Both the position numbers and the translations under genes were made by a program. From an uncultured Thermoleophilaceae bacterium (GTDB lineage: Bacteria > Actinomycetota > Thermoleophilia > Solirubrobacterales > Thermoleophilaceae), in NCBI GenBank assembly GCA_963774755.1, contig CAVZGG010000011.1:52970-116969 (forward strand): a stretch of 64,000 nt of DNA, written 5' to 3'. Shown here one piece after another: positions 8,478 through 17,910 of this stretch. The stretch's first letter is position 1. Every line of letters begins with the position of its first letter. Below the pieces are notes generated by a model. That model had not been told where the DNA came from. It did not search any database and worked only from the letters and a program-made list of their open reading frames with translations.

Positions 8478-9995
8478 TCAGCCCGGCCGGTTCTCCACTT
8501 CGATCTCGCCGCCGTCGCGGTCGCGCTTTCCAAGCCCGGTGCGCAGCTCCTTCGCCGCGACGCTCACCGTGAACACTCCCGGCCCGTGCGGGGTCCAGGT
8601 GAAGGCGCCGTCCCCGCGGCGGAACGTCGCAAGCCGGCTGAACACGAGCTTGCCGCTCGGGTTCGTGACCTTCACCTCGATGGCCGAGAGCTTGGACACG
8701 TTGAAGCGGATTGCTGCCGGCTGGTCCTCGGTCGCGACTGCCGGGCCCTTCCAGGTGAGCTCGGGCGGATCGATCTGGTAGCCGCGGTAGCGGCGGGCGT
8801 AGTCGCAGTACAGCGGGCCCAGCCGGCGCGTGCACATGCTCTCCAGGAACTCGCGCAGCAGCTCGTGATAGTCGCTGTTCGACTCGTGGCCCGCGTAGTT
8901 GTAGCGCGACCAGTCGCCCACGTCGCTGTATGGGATCTCCTCGCGCGCCTCCGGCTCGGCGGCGCGGAAGAGCCCCCGCGCGCGCTCGTCGTCGGCAGCC
9001 TGTGCGAAGTCGTGGAGGCCGATCAACGACTGCAGGAACGCGTTGAAGATGTAGAGGCGCGGCGCGAACGAGTACTGGAGGTAGTGCACCCCGCCGCGGA
9101 AGCCGGTTGTGCGAACACCGCTCGGCGGCGGCGTCTCGAAGGCGCCCAGGGCCCGCCGCGCCGTCTCCAGGTACTTCGGCTCGCCAAGCAGCTTCGCCGC
9201 CCGGCCGAGCGCCTGGATACCGGTGGCCTGCGCCATCCCGCTCATCCACGGGGGCGTGCCGCCGTTGAAGTAGAAGAGGTACTCCCACGCGATGAAGCTG
9301 CGCCCGCGCTTGACGGCGAGCTTGGTCATCTCGTTCAGGATGCGGCGCAGCGCCCTCTCGTCGCAGCTGGCCTCCTTGCGCTCGCAGAAGCCGTGCAGGT
9401 GGTTGGCCTTCTTGAACGTGGAGAGCGGATGAAGTTGAAGGCCTTCCCCTGCGAAGTACTGGAAGAGGATCTCGCTGCCGCGGAAGCTCACCTGGTCGCC
9501 GGGAGCGGGGTAGGGCTTGCGCGGCCAGTACTGGCGGTTGCGCTCGAGCTGGAGGAACGCGACGGGCATGCGCGTTGCGCCAAGCCGGCGCCGGAGGGCG
9601 AGCGACTCGACGGATGTGAGCACGTAGGCCAGCTGGGTCGCGCGGGCTCCGCTGAGGCGCCTGAGCGTGCGCAGCGAGCGGACGAACGTCGTGCGCCAGC
9701 GCCTGTATGCGGATCTGCTGATGTGCTCGCGGCGCAGCTCCCTCCGCAACGCCGAGTAGACCGCGCGGCGGCCGCTCTTCGTGGATGAGCGGGCCCGAAC
9801 GCGCGCGGCGCTCGCCCCGGTCGGCATTCCGAGGGCGATCTCCGCCCGAGTCGGAACGGACGGGTCCTCCACGCGCTGGGCGTGATCGCCGTCCACGACG
9901 ATGACCTGCCCGGCCTGTGCCGGCCCGGCGATTGTGATCGCCGCGACCGCGGCTATCCCTGCGATTCGCTTCACGTACCCCATCTGGTTATCCAA
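8478..9995 (-). CDS. secreted D-glucuronyl C5-epimerase-family protein
   Basis: N-terminal signal peptide (IAGIAAVAAITIAGPAQA). WEYLFYFNGGTPPWMSGMAQATGIQALGRAAKLLGEPKYLETARRAL resembles the conserved core of the epimerase C-terminal domain. Confidence 0.55.
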   Translation of the reverse strand: MDNQMGYVKRIAGIAAVAAITIAGPAQAGQVIVVDGDHAQRVEDPSVPTRAEIALGMPTGASAARVRARSSTKSGRRAVYSALRRELRREHISRSAYRRWRTTFVRSLRTLRRLSGARATQLAYVLTSVESLALRRRLGATRMPVAFLQLERNRQYWPRKPYPAPGDQVSFRGSEILFQYFAGEGLQLHPLSTFKKANHLHGFCERKEASCDERALRRILNEMTKLAVKRGRSFIAWEYLFYFNGGTPPWMSGMAQATGIQALGRAAKLLGEPKYLETARRALGAFETPPPSGVRTTGFRGGVHYLQYSFAPRLYIFNAFLQSLIGLHDFAQAADDERARGLFRAAEPEAREEIPYSDVGDWSRYNYAGHESNSDYHELLREFLESMCTRRLGPLYCDYARRYRGYQIDPPELTWKGPAVATEDQPAAIRFNVSKLSAIEVKVTNPSGKLVFSRLATFRRGDGAFTWTPHGPGVFTVSVAAKELRTGLGKRDRDGGEIEVENRPG

Positions 9996-10042
9996 CGTCG
10001 GAGATTGCGTCGAGTTGCGGTGGCCCAGCTAGTCTGCGCCGC

Positions 10043-11101
10043 GTGCGTCGCCTGCTACCTGCCCTGCTCTTCGCCACTCTGGCCCTGGCCTCCTGCGGTG
10101 GCGGCGACGACAAGGAGAACGTCCAAGACCTGCTCGACAAGGCGTTCAGCTCGTCGATCAAGAGCGCGGATCTGAAGATCGATGCGTCGATCCAGCTGAA
10201 GGGTAGCCCCGGGCTCGACAAGCCCGTGCGGATCAGCGCCTCCGGCCCGTTCAGGACCAACGACAACAAGCTCCCGTCGGTGGACATCGACCTGAAGATC
10301 GGCACCGACGGCGGTGGCCAGACCGTGACGACCGGGTTCCTCTCGACCGGCGACCGGGCGTTCGTGAAGTTCCAGGACATCTACTACGAGCAGCCCGCCT
10401 CCCAGGTGGCGAAGGCCAACCGCGCGATCGCGGAGAACAAGGACAAGCGCGGCTCGCTGCGGGCGCTCGGGCTCGATCCGCGCAGCTGGCTGTCCGAGGC
10501 GAAGGACGAGGGAGACGAGGAGATCGCCGGCGTGCAGACGCGCCACGTGTCCGGGAAGCTCGACGTCGAGGCCGTGATGCGCAACCTGAACGAGTTCGTG
10601 CGCAAGTCCGGCGCCACGCTGGGCGGCGCCACCGGCCAGACGCCGCCGAAGCCGCTGAGCGAGGAGGACATCCAAAAGGTCAGCGAGGTCGTGCGCGACC
10701 CCACCTTCCACGTCTACGTGGGCAAGGACGACGACATCATCCGCCGGGTGGCCGGGAAGATCGAGTTCGACGTGCCCGAGGAGAGCCGCGAGTCGCTGGG
10801 CGGGATCCAGTCCGGGGCGATCGAGTTCGAGGTGGAGTTCTCGGACGTGAACGGCGATCAGGAGATCGAGCCGCCCGCCAATCCGCGGCCGCTCTCCGAT
10901 CTCACGACGTCACTCGGCGGGGGCGGCGCGCTCCCGGGCCTGGGCGGCGGTTCAGACCAGACGACCCCCACGCCGCCGACCACCGACGGCACCAGTCCCG
11001 AGGCACAGGACTTCCAGGAGTACGCGGACTGCCTCGACAAGGCGCGCCCGGAGGACACCGAGGCCCTCCAGCGCTGCGCCGAGCTGCTGCAGCGGCCCTA
11101 G
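10043..11101 (+). CDS. lipoprotein, function unknown
   Basis: Lipobox LALASCGG after a signal peptide. Gly/Pro/Thr-rich C-terminal region. Confidence 0.6.
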   Translation: MRRLLPALLFATLALASCGGGDDKENVQDLLDKAFSSSIKSADLKIDASIQLKGSPGLDKPVRISASGPFRTNDNKLPSVDIDLKIGTDGGGQTVTTGFLSTGDRAFVKFQDIYYEQPASQVAKANRAIAENKDKRGSLRALGLDPRSWLSEAKDEGDEEIAGVQTRHVSGKLDVEAVMRNLNEFVRKSGATLGGATGQTPPKPLSEEDIQKVSEVVRDPTFHVYVGKDDDIIRRVAGKIEFDVPEESRESLGGIQSGAIEFEVEFSDVNGDQEIEPPANPRPLSDLTTSLGGGGALPGLGGGSDQTTPTPPTTDGTSPEAQDFQEYADCLDKARPEDTEALQRCAELLQRP

Positions 11102-12258
11102 ACCCGTGAAACGGGGTCTGACCCCGTTTCACGCGCGCTCTTGCGCAGGTCCCGCTCGGGGTCGATCCCCCAGCGAGCCGCCAGCTCCGCCTGCTCTTCG
11201 CTCAGCTCCCAGCGATCAGGGCGCTCCTCGCCCTCGTGGTCGGGGGTGGCGCCCTTAAGCAGCATCGAGCCGCGGTTGTCGCCCACGGAGCGGATCTCGG
11301 CCAGCTCCTCGTCGCTCAGCACCGGCTCAGCCGGCACGGCGGCGAGCTCCTCGCGCTTGCGCTCGATCGGCTTGGCACCAGGGCCCGGCTCCTGGATCAG
11401 CGTGGGCGCCACGCACTCGACGGCGTCGTGGGCGAGGTTCCACACGCATGCGAGCTGGAGCGGCGTGAGCCCGTGCCGATCGGCGATCGGGCGGATCCGC
11501 TCGAGGCGCTCGCGCCCGGCCTCGATCCAGCCCTCGGGCCGGAAGCCGCGGTGGTCGTGCCCCTCGAAGCTGTGCCCGGGAAGCACGTCGTCGTGGAACA
11601 GCCCGCCGTAATCCACCACGCGCGTGAGGACCTTCACGTCGTGCCGCAGCGCGGCGTCGAGGGCCAGCTCGCCCGGCCACGGCTCGAACGGGTTGAGGAT
11701 CAGCATCGCCCAGTCGATCAGCTCTCCGTAGCGCTCGAAGCAGCCGATCACGTCGAGCGTGAAGCCATTTGCCGGGCCGGGGGCCAGGCCGATCTCCGCC
11801 GCCAGGCCCTCGTCGCGCAGCTCGCGGAGCGCCTCCCATACCTCGGGGGACTCGAAGCCGCGGCGGTCGGGGTTGTGCAGCAGCAGCAGGTCGAAGGAGT
11901 CCACGCCGCAGCGCTCGAGGCTCCGCTCGACCGCCATGCGCAGGTAGTCCCGGTAGCCGTCCGGGCCGCGCAGGCGCGGATCGGTGAAGCGCGGGAAGCC
12001 CTTGGCGCCGTCGCGCTCGCCCTCGTAGAAGTCGTGGCCGACGGCGCCGACCAGCGCGTAGTCGGAGCGCGGCACGCCGGCGAGGGCGCGGCCAAGCAGC
12101 GTGTCCGCCTCACCCGCGCCGTAGGTGTCCGCCGTGATCAGCGTGTCGATTCCGGCGCCGGGGCGCAGCAGCGCCTCCAGGCGCTCGTCGGAAACCGGCT
12201 CGCCGAAACGCATGAAGCGTCCCCCGCTCCAGGTGCCGACTGCGACATGACCAAGCAT
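11098..12258 (-). CDS. aldo/keto reductase family oxidoreductase
   Basis: AKR motifs: DTADTYGAGEADTLLGRAL, LLLHNPD, and C-terminal PLQLACVWNLAHDAVECVAPTL. Confidence 0.85.
   Translation of the reverse strand: MLGHVAVGTWSGGRFMRFGEPVSDERLEALLRPGAGIDTLITADTYGAGEADTLLGRALAGVPRSDYALVGAVGHDFYEGERDGAKGFPRFTDPRLRGPDGYRDYLRMAVERSLERCGVDSFDLLLLHNPDRRGFESPEVWEALRELRDEGLAAEIGLAPGPANGFTLDVIGCFERYGELIDWAMLILNPFEPWPGELALDAALRHDVKVLTRVVDYGGLFHDDVLPGHSFEGHDHRGFRPEGWIEAGRERLERIRPIADRHGLTPLQLACVWNLAHDAVECVAPTLIQEPGPGAKPIERKREELAAVPAEPVLSDEELAEIRSVGDNRGSMLLKGATPDHEGEERPDRWELSEEQAELAARWGIDPERDLRKSARETGSDPVSRV
11102..11140. terminator. overlapping hairpins; candidate bidirectional terminator
   Basis: gaaacggggtc-tga-ccccgtttc (9-bp arms) nested with cccgt-gaa-acggg, between the convergent lipoprotein (+) and aldo/keto reductase (-) genes. 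Confidence 0.5.
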
Positions 12259-12281
12259 GCCCTCACTCTAAGGTCCCCGTC

Positions 12282-13253
12282 GTGGAAGTCGGGTCCATAG
12301 CTCCCTGGGCGGCGCTGATCGCTGCCCTGATCTTCTTCCTGTGGCTGGATCTGCACTTCTTCGCGCGCGGGCGCGAGCCCAGCTTCAAGGAGGCCGCGTG
12401 GTGGTCGGTCGGCTGGCTCGTGCTCAGCCTGCTCGCCGCCATCCCGGTGCTGCTGCTCGAGGGCAGCGAGGACGCGGTCACCTACACCACCGTCTACCTG
12501 ATCGAGCGCTCGCTCTCGCTCGACAACCTGTTCGTCTTCCTGCTGCTGTTCGCCTACTTCGGCGTGCCGTACGAGTACCGCCCACGCCTGCTCTTCGTCG
12601 GGATCGTCGCGGCGCTCGTCCTACGTGGTCTCTTCATCCTCGGCGGGACGGAGCTGCTCGAGCGCGTGCATGCCCTGATCTACGTGCTCGGCGCTCTGCT
12701 GATCGTGCTGGCGTACCGGATCTGGCGCGGGGTCGCCGAGAACGTCGATCCCGACAAGAACCTGATGGTGCGGCTGGTGCGGAAGGTCTACCCCGTGACG
12801 AGCGAGTTTCACGGCGGCAGCTGGTTCGTAAAGCGGGACGGCCGCCGCTGGGCGACGCCGATCTTCCTATGCCTCGCCGCAATCGTGTTCGCGGACATCG
12901 CATTCGCGATCGACTCGATCCCGGCCGCCTTCGCGATCACGCGCGACCCCCTGCTGATCTGGATGGGCAACGTGTTCGCGCTGCTCGGCCTGCGGGCGCT
13001 GTTCGTGCTGGTGGAGAGCCTGATCGCCCGCTTCCGCTATCTCGACGAGACGATCGCCGTCGTGCTGGGGCTGGTGGGCGTGAAGCTGCTGATCGAGGAC
13101 CTCGTGAAGGTCGGGCCGGTGCCGAGCCTCGCGGTGATCGCCGTCGCGTTCGCCGTCGGCATCGCCCTCTCGGTGCGGGCCGACCGGCGCGATCCGCAGG
13201 CGGAGGAGCACCGCGAGGAGCGCGTCGCGGCGATGCAGCGCGGGGGCGGCTAG
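12282..13253 (+). CDS. TerC-family integral membrane protein
   Basis: LSLDNLFVFLLLFAYFGVPYEYRPRLLFVGIVAALVLRGLFI matches the TerC signature. Multiple TM helices. Confidence 0.85.
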   Translation: MEVGSIAPWAALIAALIFFLWLDLHFFARGREPSFKEAAWWSVGWLVLSLLAAIPVLLLEGSEDAVTYTTVYLIERSLSLDNLFVFLLLFAYFGVPYEYRPRLLFVGIVAALVLRGLFILGGTELLERVHALIYVLGALLIVLAYRIWRGVAENVDPDKNLMVRLVRKVYPVTSEFHGGSWFVKRDGRRWATPIFLCLAAIVFADIAFAIDSIPAAFAITRDPLLIWMGNVFALLGLRALFVLVESLIARFRYLDETIAVVLGLVGVKLLIEDLVKVGPVPSLAVIAVAFAVGIALSVRADRRDPQAEEHREERVAAMQRGGG

Positions 13254-13882
13254 GACTCGTGCACGGCGCGCCAGCCGAGGACGCCGGCGAAGCCAAGCAG
13301 GCCGGCGCCGGCCACCACGTCGACGGTCGTGAGCAGGCGCTGGCCGAAGCGGTTCCGGACAAGCGCGACCAGCACTGAGAGCGTCGTGAAGGCGGTGAGC
13401 GTGCCGAGCGCCACGCCGCCCAGCATCAGCGCGGCGCCGTCCGCGGAGGTGGCGGCATCGCCCACCGCGGCCGCGGAGGCGGCGGTGAAGATCGCGGCCC
13501 AGGTGGCGATCGTGAGCGGGTTCGACGCGGTGGCGGCCACGGCGGTCGCGAACGCGCGTCGCGGCGAGGCCACCTCCTCCTCGGATTCGCCGCCGAGGCG
13601 CACCCGGAAGGCGCCCCAGAGCGTGCGCACGCCGATCACGCCGAGTACGAGCGCGCCGATCAGGCCGAAGGCCACGCGCAGGGCGTCGGCCTCGAGCAGG
13701 CTTGCCGCGCCGGCCAGGCCCAGCCCGGCGTAGAGCAGGTCGATCAGCGCCGCGCCGGCGCCGATCGCGATGCCGCTGGCGAGCGCCCCACGCAGCACGC
13801 TGCGGATGCACAGAAGCGAGACCGGCCCCGGCTGGGCGCCCACGAAGAATCCGAGTCCGAATCCGACGGCGAGCGAGGTCAT
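13250..13882 (-). CDS. LysE/RhtB-family amino-acid exporter
   Basis: MTSLAVGFGLGFFVGAQPGPVSLLCIRSVLRGALASGIAIGAGAALIDLLYAGLG is a typical LysE N-terminus. Its start overlaps the ArsR stop (ATGA). Confidence 0.8.
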   Translation of the reverse strand: MTSLAVGFGLGFFVGAQPGPVSLLCIRSVLRGALASGIAIGAGAALIDLLYAGLGLAGAASLLEADALRVAFGLIGALVLGVIGVRTLWGAFRVRLGGESEEEVASPRRAFATAVAATASNPLTIATWAAIFTAASAAAVGDAATSADGAALMLGGVALGTLTAFTTLSVLVALVRNRFGQRLLTTVDVVAGAGLLGFAGVLGWRAVHES

Positions 13883-14211
13883 GGCGACAGGGTACGGGCG
13901 CGCGCCAGCTGCTGCTCGAGCGCCGCGAGCCGGTCGTCCCACTGCGCTCCCACCTCGGCCATCCACTCGAGTGCCTCCGACATCGGCGCGGGGGTGGGGC
14001 GGTAGAGCACCTCGCGCCCCGAGCGTCGCGTGGCCACGAGGCCCGCGCCCGCGAGCGTGCCGAGGTGCTTCTGCACCGCCTGGCGCGTGACCGGTAGCTC
14101 TCGGGCGAGGTCGGTTGCGGTGGCCTCGCCGTGCTGCCCGAGCAGGGTGTAGAGGCTCCGGCGAGTGCCGTCCGAGAGCGCCGCGAATACGGCGTCGGCC
14201 GGGTCGGGCAT
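13879..14211 (-). CDS. ArsR/SmtB-family transcriptional regulator
   Basis: winged HTH (FAALSDGTRRSLYTLLGQHGEATATDLARELPVTRQAVQKHLGTLAGAGLV). Confidence 0.85.
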   Translation of the reverse strand: MPDPADAVFAALSDGTRRSLYTLLGQHGEATATDLARELPVTRQAVQKHLGTLAGAGLVATRRSGREVLYRPTPAPMSEALEWMAEVGAQWDDRLAALEQQLARARTLSP

Positions 14212-14588
14212 CAGCCGAGCATGCCGGCGAGGGCCACGGGCCCCGCACCGCCACTGCTCCGTCCGCCGAACTCCACGGCGAGGTCGCGCCCATCCAGGAT
14301 CTCGAGCGGACGCGACTCGGTCACGCGTACGCGCGTGCCCTCATCGCTCTCGTCGAGGTCGATCTCCACGCGGGTGGCCTCCTCGCCCGGCGCGCTCCAC
14401 CAGAACACGAGCCGCCGCGGGGCCTCGGCCTCCTCCACGAAGCCGTCGCGCTCCCCGGCGCGGACCTCGCCGGCCTCGCGCAGCTCGATCGTCGCGTCAT
14501 CGCCGAGCCAGTCGGGCTGGGCCAGCGAGCGCCAGACCTCCTCGGCTTCCTCCGGCACCATCAGCTCCCGCTCAACCGTGTGATCCAT
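14211..14588 (-). CDS. SRPBCC / AHSA1-like domain protein, first gene of the SRPBCC-ArsR-LysE operon
   Basis: 126 aa from the ATG at the MDHTVER codon. The ArsR-SRPBCC pairing is common. Its stop overlaps the ArsR start. Confidence 0.65.
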   Translation of the reverse strand: MDHTVERELMVPEEAEEVWRSLAQPDWLGDDATIELREAGEVRAGERDGFVEEAEAPRRLVFWWSAPGEEATRVEIDLDESDEGTRVRVTESRPLEILDGRDLAVEFGGRSSGGAGPVALAGMLG

Positions 14589-14601
14589 GACGCCTCCGTT
14601 G

Positions 14602-14645
14602 TGCAACCGAACGGTTGCTATTGTGGTGCAACCAGACAGTTGCAG
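14602..14645. promoter_or_regulatory. two tandem palindromic boxes (TGCAACCG-aa-CGGTTGC and TGCAAC-cagaca-GTTGCA) in the divergent intergenic region
   Basis: Inverted repeats seen directly at 14602-14618 and 14628-14645, between the SRPBCC-ArsR-LysE operon (-) and clpP (+). Probably the operator for the ArsR-type regulator, or for a Clp regulator. Confidence 0.4.
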
Positions 14646-14667
14646 CTTATCGGAGAGGAGCACGGAA

Positions 14668-15318
14668 ATGCAGATCGGTCGCGCGCACAGCTCGTTGGTC
14701 CCGATGGTCGTCGAGCAGACGTCACGGGGCGAGCGCTCCTTCGACATCTACTCGCGCCTGCTTAACGAGCGGATCGTGTTCATCGGGCGCCCGATCGACG
14801 ACGAGATCGCGAACCTCGTGGTGGCGCAGCTCGTTCACCTCGAGTCCGAGGACCCCGACAAGGACGTGTCCGTCTACGTGAACTCGCCGGGCGGATCGCT
14901 TCACGCCGGGCTCGCGATCTACGACACGATCCAGTACATCCGCCCGGACGTGCAGACCATCTGTTACGGGATGGCGATGTCGGCCGGCTCCCTGATCCTC
15001 GCGGGCGGAACGCCGGGCAAGCGGCTGACGCTGCCGAACTCACGGATCCTCATCCATCAGCCCTCGTCGGGGTTCCAGGGCCAGTCCTCGGACATCGAGA
15101 TCCACGCCCGCGAGGTGCTCGAGCTGCGCCGGCTGCTCGAGGAGATCTACGCGAGGCACACCAACAGGACGACGGAGGAGGTGCATGAGGACATGGAGCG
15201 CGACCGCTTCTTCAGCGCCGAAGAGGCCGTGGAATACGGGCTCGTGGACCGCATCGTGAGCGCGAGCGAGCTGCACCGCCCGCCGTCGGGCTTCGCGGCG
15301 GCCGTCGCTGGCGAGTAG
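14668..15318 (+). CDS. clpP: ATP-dependent Clp protease proteolytic subunit
   Basis: RBS ggagaggag. [53 protein letters not shown]...[19 protein letters not shown]...ILIHQPS. The Ser-His-Asp catalytic triad context is conserved. Confidence 0.9.
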   Translation: MQIGRAHSSLVPMVVEQTSRGERSFDIYSRLLNERIVFIGRPIDDEIANLVVAQLVHLESEDPDKDVSVYVNSPGGSLHAGLAIYDTIQYIRPDVQTICYGMAMSAGSLILAGGTPGKRLTLPNSRILIHQPSSGFQGQSSDIEIHAREVLELRRLLEEIYARHTNRTTEEVHEDMERDRFFSAEEAVEYGLVDRIVSASELHRPPSGFAAAVAGE

Positions 15319-15327
15319 AACACAGGT

Positions 15328-16608
15328 GTGCGCCTGCTGCCCCTGCTACTCGCCGCGGCCCTGCTCGCGGGCTGCGACTCGGGCGGGGACAGTGAGCCGG
15401 CGCCCGAGCCCAGGCCGCCGCGTGCGATCACCGAGGCCGAGCTCGGGGAGCACCTCAGCGCGCTTCAGGAGATAGCGAACGGGAACGGTGGCACGCGCGC
15501 GGCGGGCACGCCGGGCGACCGCGCCTCCGTGGACTACGTGGCCGAGCGCCTGCGTGAGGCCGGCTGGACGGTGCGCCTCCAGCCGGTTCGCTTCCCGTAC
15601 TTCGACCTCAGGCGCGCCTCGATGAGCATCGGCGACCGAAAGCTGCGCGAGGCGCGCGACTTCCAGGTGCTGAGCTACTCGGGCGCCGGCCGCGCGAACG
15701 GCCGGCTGCGACGGCTCGGGACGGGCTGCGAGGCGGAGGAGTACTCCGGCATTGGCGCCGGCGACGTGCCGCTCGTGATCCGCGGCGTCTGCTTCTTCCG
15801 CGAGAAGGCGCTCATCGCGCAGACGGCCGGGGCGCGCGCTCTCGTGGTGATCGACGACTCGCCCACGCGGCGCGGCGTGCCGAGCGGGACGCTCGCCGCG
15901 CCCGGTATCCGCATCCCCGTCGTGCTCGTGGCGGACACGCTCGCGCGCGACGGCGCCTCTGTGCTTGTGGACGTGGACGCGTCGTCGGGCCGCCGGGTGA
16001 CCCACAACGTAATCGCCGAGACGCCCGGCGGAGATGGGGAGCGGGTGGTGATGGCGGGCGGCCACCTCGACTCGGTTCGCGGCGGCCCCGGGATCAATGA
16101 CAACGGCAGCGGGACGGCGACGCTGATCGAAGCAGCCGAGGCGATCGGCCCCAACCCATCCGGAGCGCGGGTGCGGCTGGGGTTCTGGGGCGCCGAGGAG
16201 CTCGGGCTGCTGGGGTCGCGCCAGTACGTCCGCTCGCTCGACCGCGCGGAGCGCCGGCGGATCAGGGCGTACCTGAACTTCGACATGGTCGGATCGCCCA
16301 ATGCCGTCCCTGAGTTCTACGCCGATGGCGATGCCGAACTCGGGCGCGTGCTCCAGCGCGCGGCCGGACGATCGCTCGGGACGGTCGAGGCGGGAGGGTC
16401 ATCGGACCATGCCCCGTTCGACGAGGCCGGCGTGCCGGTGAGCGGCCTCTACACCGGCGCAAACGAGCGCGGTCCCGGCGGGCGCCCGCGCGACGCCTGC
16501 TACCACCTGGCGTGCGACACCGCGGACCGCGTGAACCGCCCGGTGCTGCTGAGGATGGCCCGGGCGGGGGCGGAGGCGCTCAGCCGCCTGTCCGCACGTC
16601 CCAAATAG
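15328..16608 (+). CDS. M28-family aminopeptidase lipoprotein with a PA domain
   Basis: Lipobox LLAGC. PA-domain insert. M28 zinc-binding motifs (HLDSVRGGPGINDNGSG, FWGAEELGLLGS, YLNFDMVGSPN, SDHAPF). Confidence 0.8.
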   Translation: MRLLPLLLAAALLAGCDSGGDSEPAPEPRPPRAITEAELGEHLSALQEIANGNGGTRAAGTPGDRASVDYVAERLREAGWTVRLQPVRFPYFDLRRASMSIGDRKLREARDFQVLSYSGAGRANGRLRRLGTGCEAEEYSGIGAGDVPLVIRGVCFFREKALIAQTAGARALVVIDDSPTRRGVPSGTLAAPGIRIPVVLVADTLARDGASVLVDVDASSGRRVTHNVIAETPGGDGERVVMAGGHLDSVRGGPGINDNGSGTATLIEAAEAIGPNPSGARVRLGFWGAEELGLLGSRQYVRSLDRAERRRIRAYLNFDMVGSPNAVPEFYADGDAELGRVLQRAAGRSLGTVEAGGSSDHAPFDEAGVPVSGLYTGANERGPGGRPRDACYHLACDTADRVNRPVLLRMARAGAEALSRLSARPK

Positions 16609-16632
16609 GCGGCAGGTGGAAGGTAGGAGGTA

Positions 16633-17190
16633 GTGGGGGATTTCGCGCACCTGCCCGATGACGAGCTGCTCGCGCTTTCGGCGAAGCAGCCGGAGGCGTT
16701 CGGTGAGTTCTACGAGCGCCAGTGCGAGCGGTGCTCGGGTTCGGCGCCCGAGGGCCTGCGCACCGACGAGGCGCTCGACCTCACCGCGGAGGTATTCGCG
16801 GCGGCACTCGTGGCCAGCCGGCGCTACCGGCCCGGGGAGGCGTCCGCTCGTGCCTGGTTGATCGGGATAGCCCGCAACAAGTTGGCCCACGGCCGCCGCC
16901 GTGCCGCCACGGAGACGGGTGCCCGCCGGAAGCTCGGCATGGCGCGCCTCACCTACTCCGACGAGGCGCTCGAGCGGGTGGAGGAGCTGCTGGACGCCGA
17001 GCCTGCGCTCTACACGAACGGAACAGCCGCGCTGCCGCCCGCCGAACGCGAGGCGGTGGTGGCGCGCGTGATCGAGGAACGGGACTACGACGAGATCGCG
17101 GCCGCCTCAGGGGCGACGCCGGCGGCTGTGCGCCAGCGGGTGAGCCGGGGCCTGGCGAAGCTGGCGCGGCTTGGGAGGGAGGAACGATGA
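16633..17190 (+). CDS. RNA polymerase sigma-70 family factor (ECF type)
   Basis: GTG start after aggagg. Region 2 (ARAWLIGIARNKLAHGRR) and region 4 (EREAVVARVIEERDYDEIAAASGATPAAVRQRVSRGLAKL). Confidence 0.8.
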   Translation: MGDFAHLPDDELLALSAKQPEAFGEFYERQCERCSGSAPEGLRTDEALDLTAEVFAAALVASRRYRPGEASARAWLIGIARNKLAHGRRRAATETGARRKLGMARLTYSDEALERVEELLDAEPALYTNGTAALPPAEREAVVARVIEERDYDEIAAASGATPAAVRQRVSRGLAKLARLGREER

Positions 17191-17894
17191 GCGCCACGCG
17201 CCACATCGAGACTGACGCCCTCGGAGGTCTGCGCGAAGAGCTGATGCGGGTGGCTCGGCGGCGCGCCTCCCGCCGCCGCCCCGCCCGGCGCGCGCTCGTG
17301 ATCGCCGCGTTGGTGGTCGGCCTGGTCGCCGCGACCGCCGCCACGGCCGCGCTCACGAACTTCACCACCGGCGTCCCGGTCGTCGACGAGCTGGCAGGCA
17401 TCGAGAGCGGGCCGAGCGTGGAGCTCCGCCCCGGTCCGGGGGACGCCAGCGAGGCGCTCTCCGTGCCGATTGGCGACGGCGTCTACAAGACCGTCGCCTA
17501 CCTGGCGCGCGACGGAGGGGTCTGCATCGTCTCCGCCGAGCGTCACCGGGGCAGCGTCCGCGGGGGCTTTGGCGGCTGCCCGCCGCTCGGCGACGTCTAC
17601 AGGCAGATCGACCGCCGCGGCGCGAGTTGGCACGGCTCCTCGGGGGGCCCCGACCAGCGCACCTTCGATCTCCTGGTGGCGGGCGAGGTGAGGGAGATTC
17701 GCCCGCTCGGACAGGGTGACTGGCGGATGCTGATGACGCCGCCCTGGACGCCCGAGGCCCCCGGTGCGCGCCCGCTCAGGCTGGCGGTCGCGATCGACGA
17801 CGAGGACATCGACTTCGACATCGACCGCGGCGCGTTCCCGCGGCTCGAGCTGGTCTACCCGGACGGCACGACCCGCGTGGCCACGTTCCCCTAG
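17187..17894 (+). CDS. putative membrane-anchored anti-sigma factor
   Basis: ATG overlaps the sigma gene stop (ATGA). One TM helix (ALVIAALVVGLVAATAATAAL) followed by an extracytoplasmic domain. The assignment rests only on position. Confidence 0.45.
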   Translation: MSATRHIETDALGGLREELMRVARRRASRRRPARRALVIAALVVGLVAATAATAALTNFTTGVPVVDELAGIESGPSVELRPGPGDASEALSVPIGDGVYKTVAYLARDGGVCIVSAERHRGSVRGGFGGCPPLGDVYRQIDRRGASWHGSSGGPDQRTFDLLVAGEVREIRPLGQGDWRMLMTPPWTPEAPGARPLRLAVAIDDEDIDFDIDRGAFPRLELVYPDGTTRVATFP

Positions 17895-17910
17895 GCGGCG
17901 GCCTGAGCTC

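Noticed and set aside
14668-15318. The ClgR box as the explanation for the clpP upstream palindromes.
   Set aside because: The palindromes (TGCAACC...GGTTGCA) do not match the actinobacterial ClgR consensus as I remember it (GTTCGC-N5-GCG type). Binding by the adjacent ArsR-family regulator is at least as likely. The site is reported as an unassigned operator.
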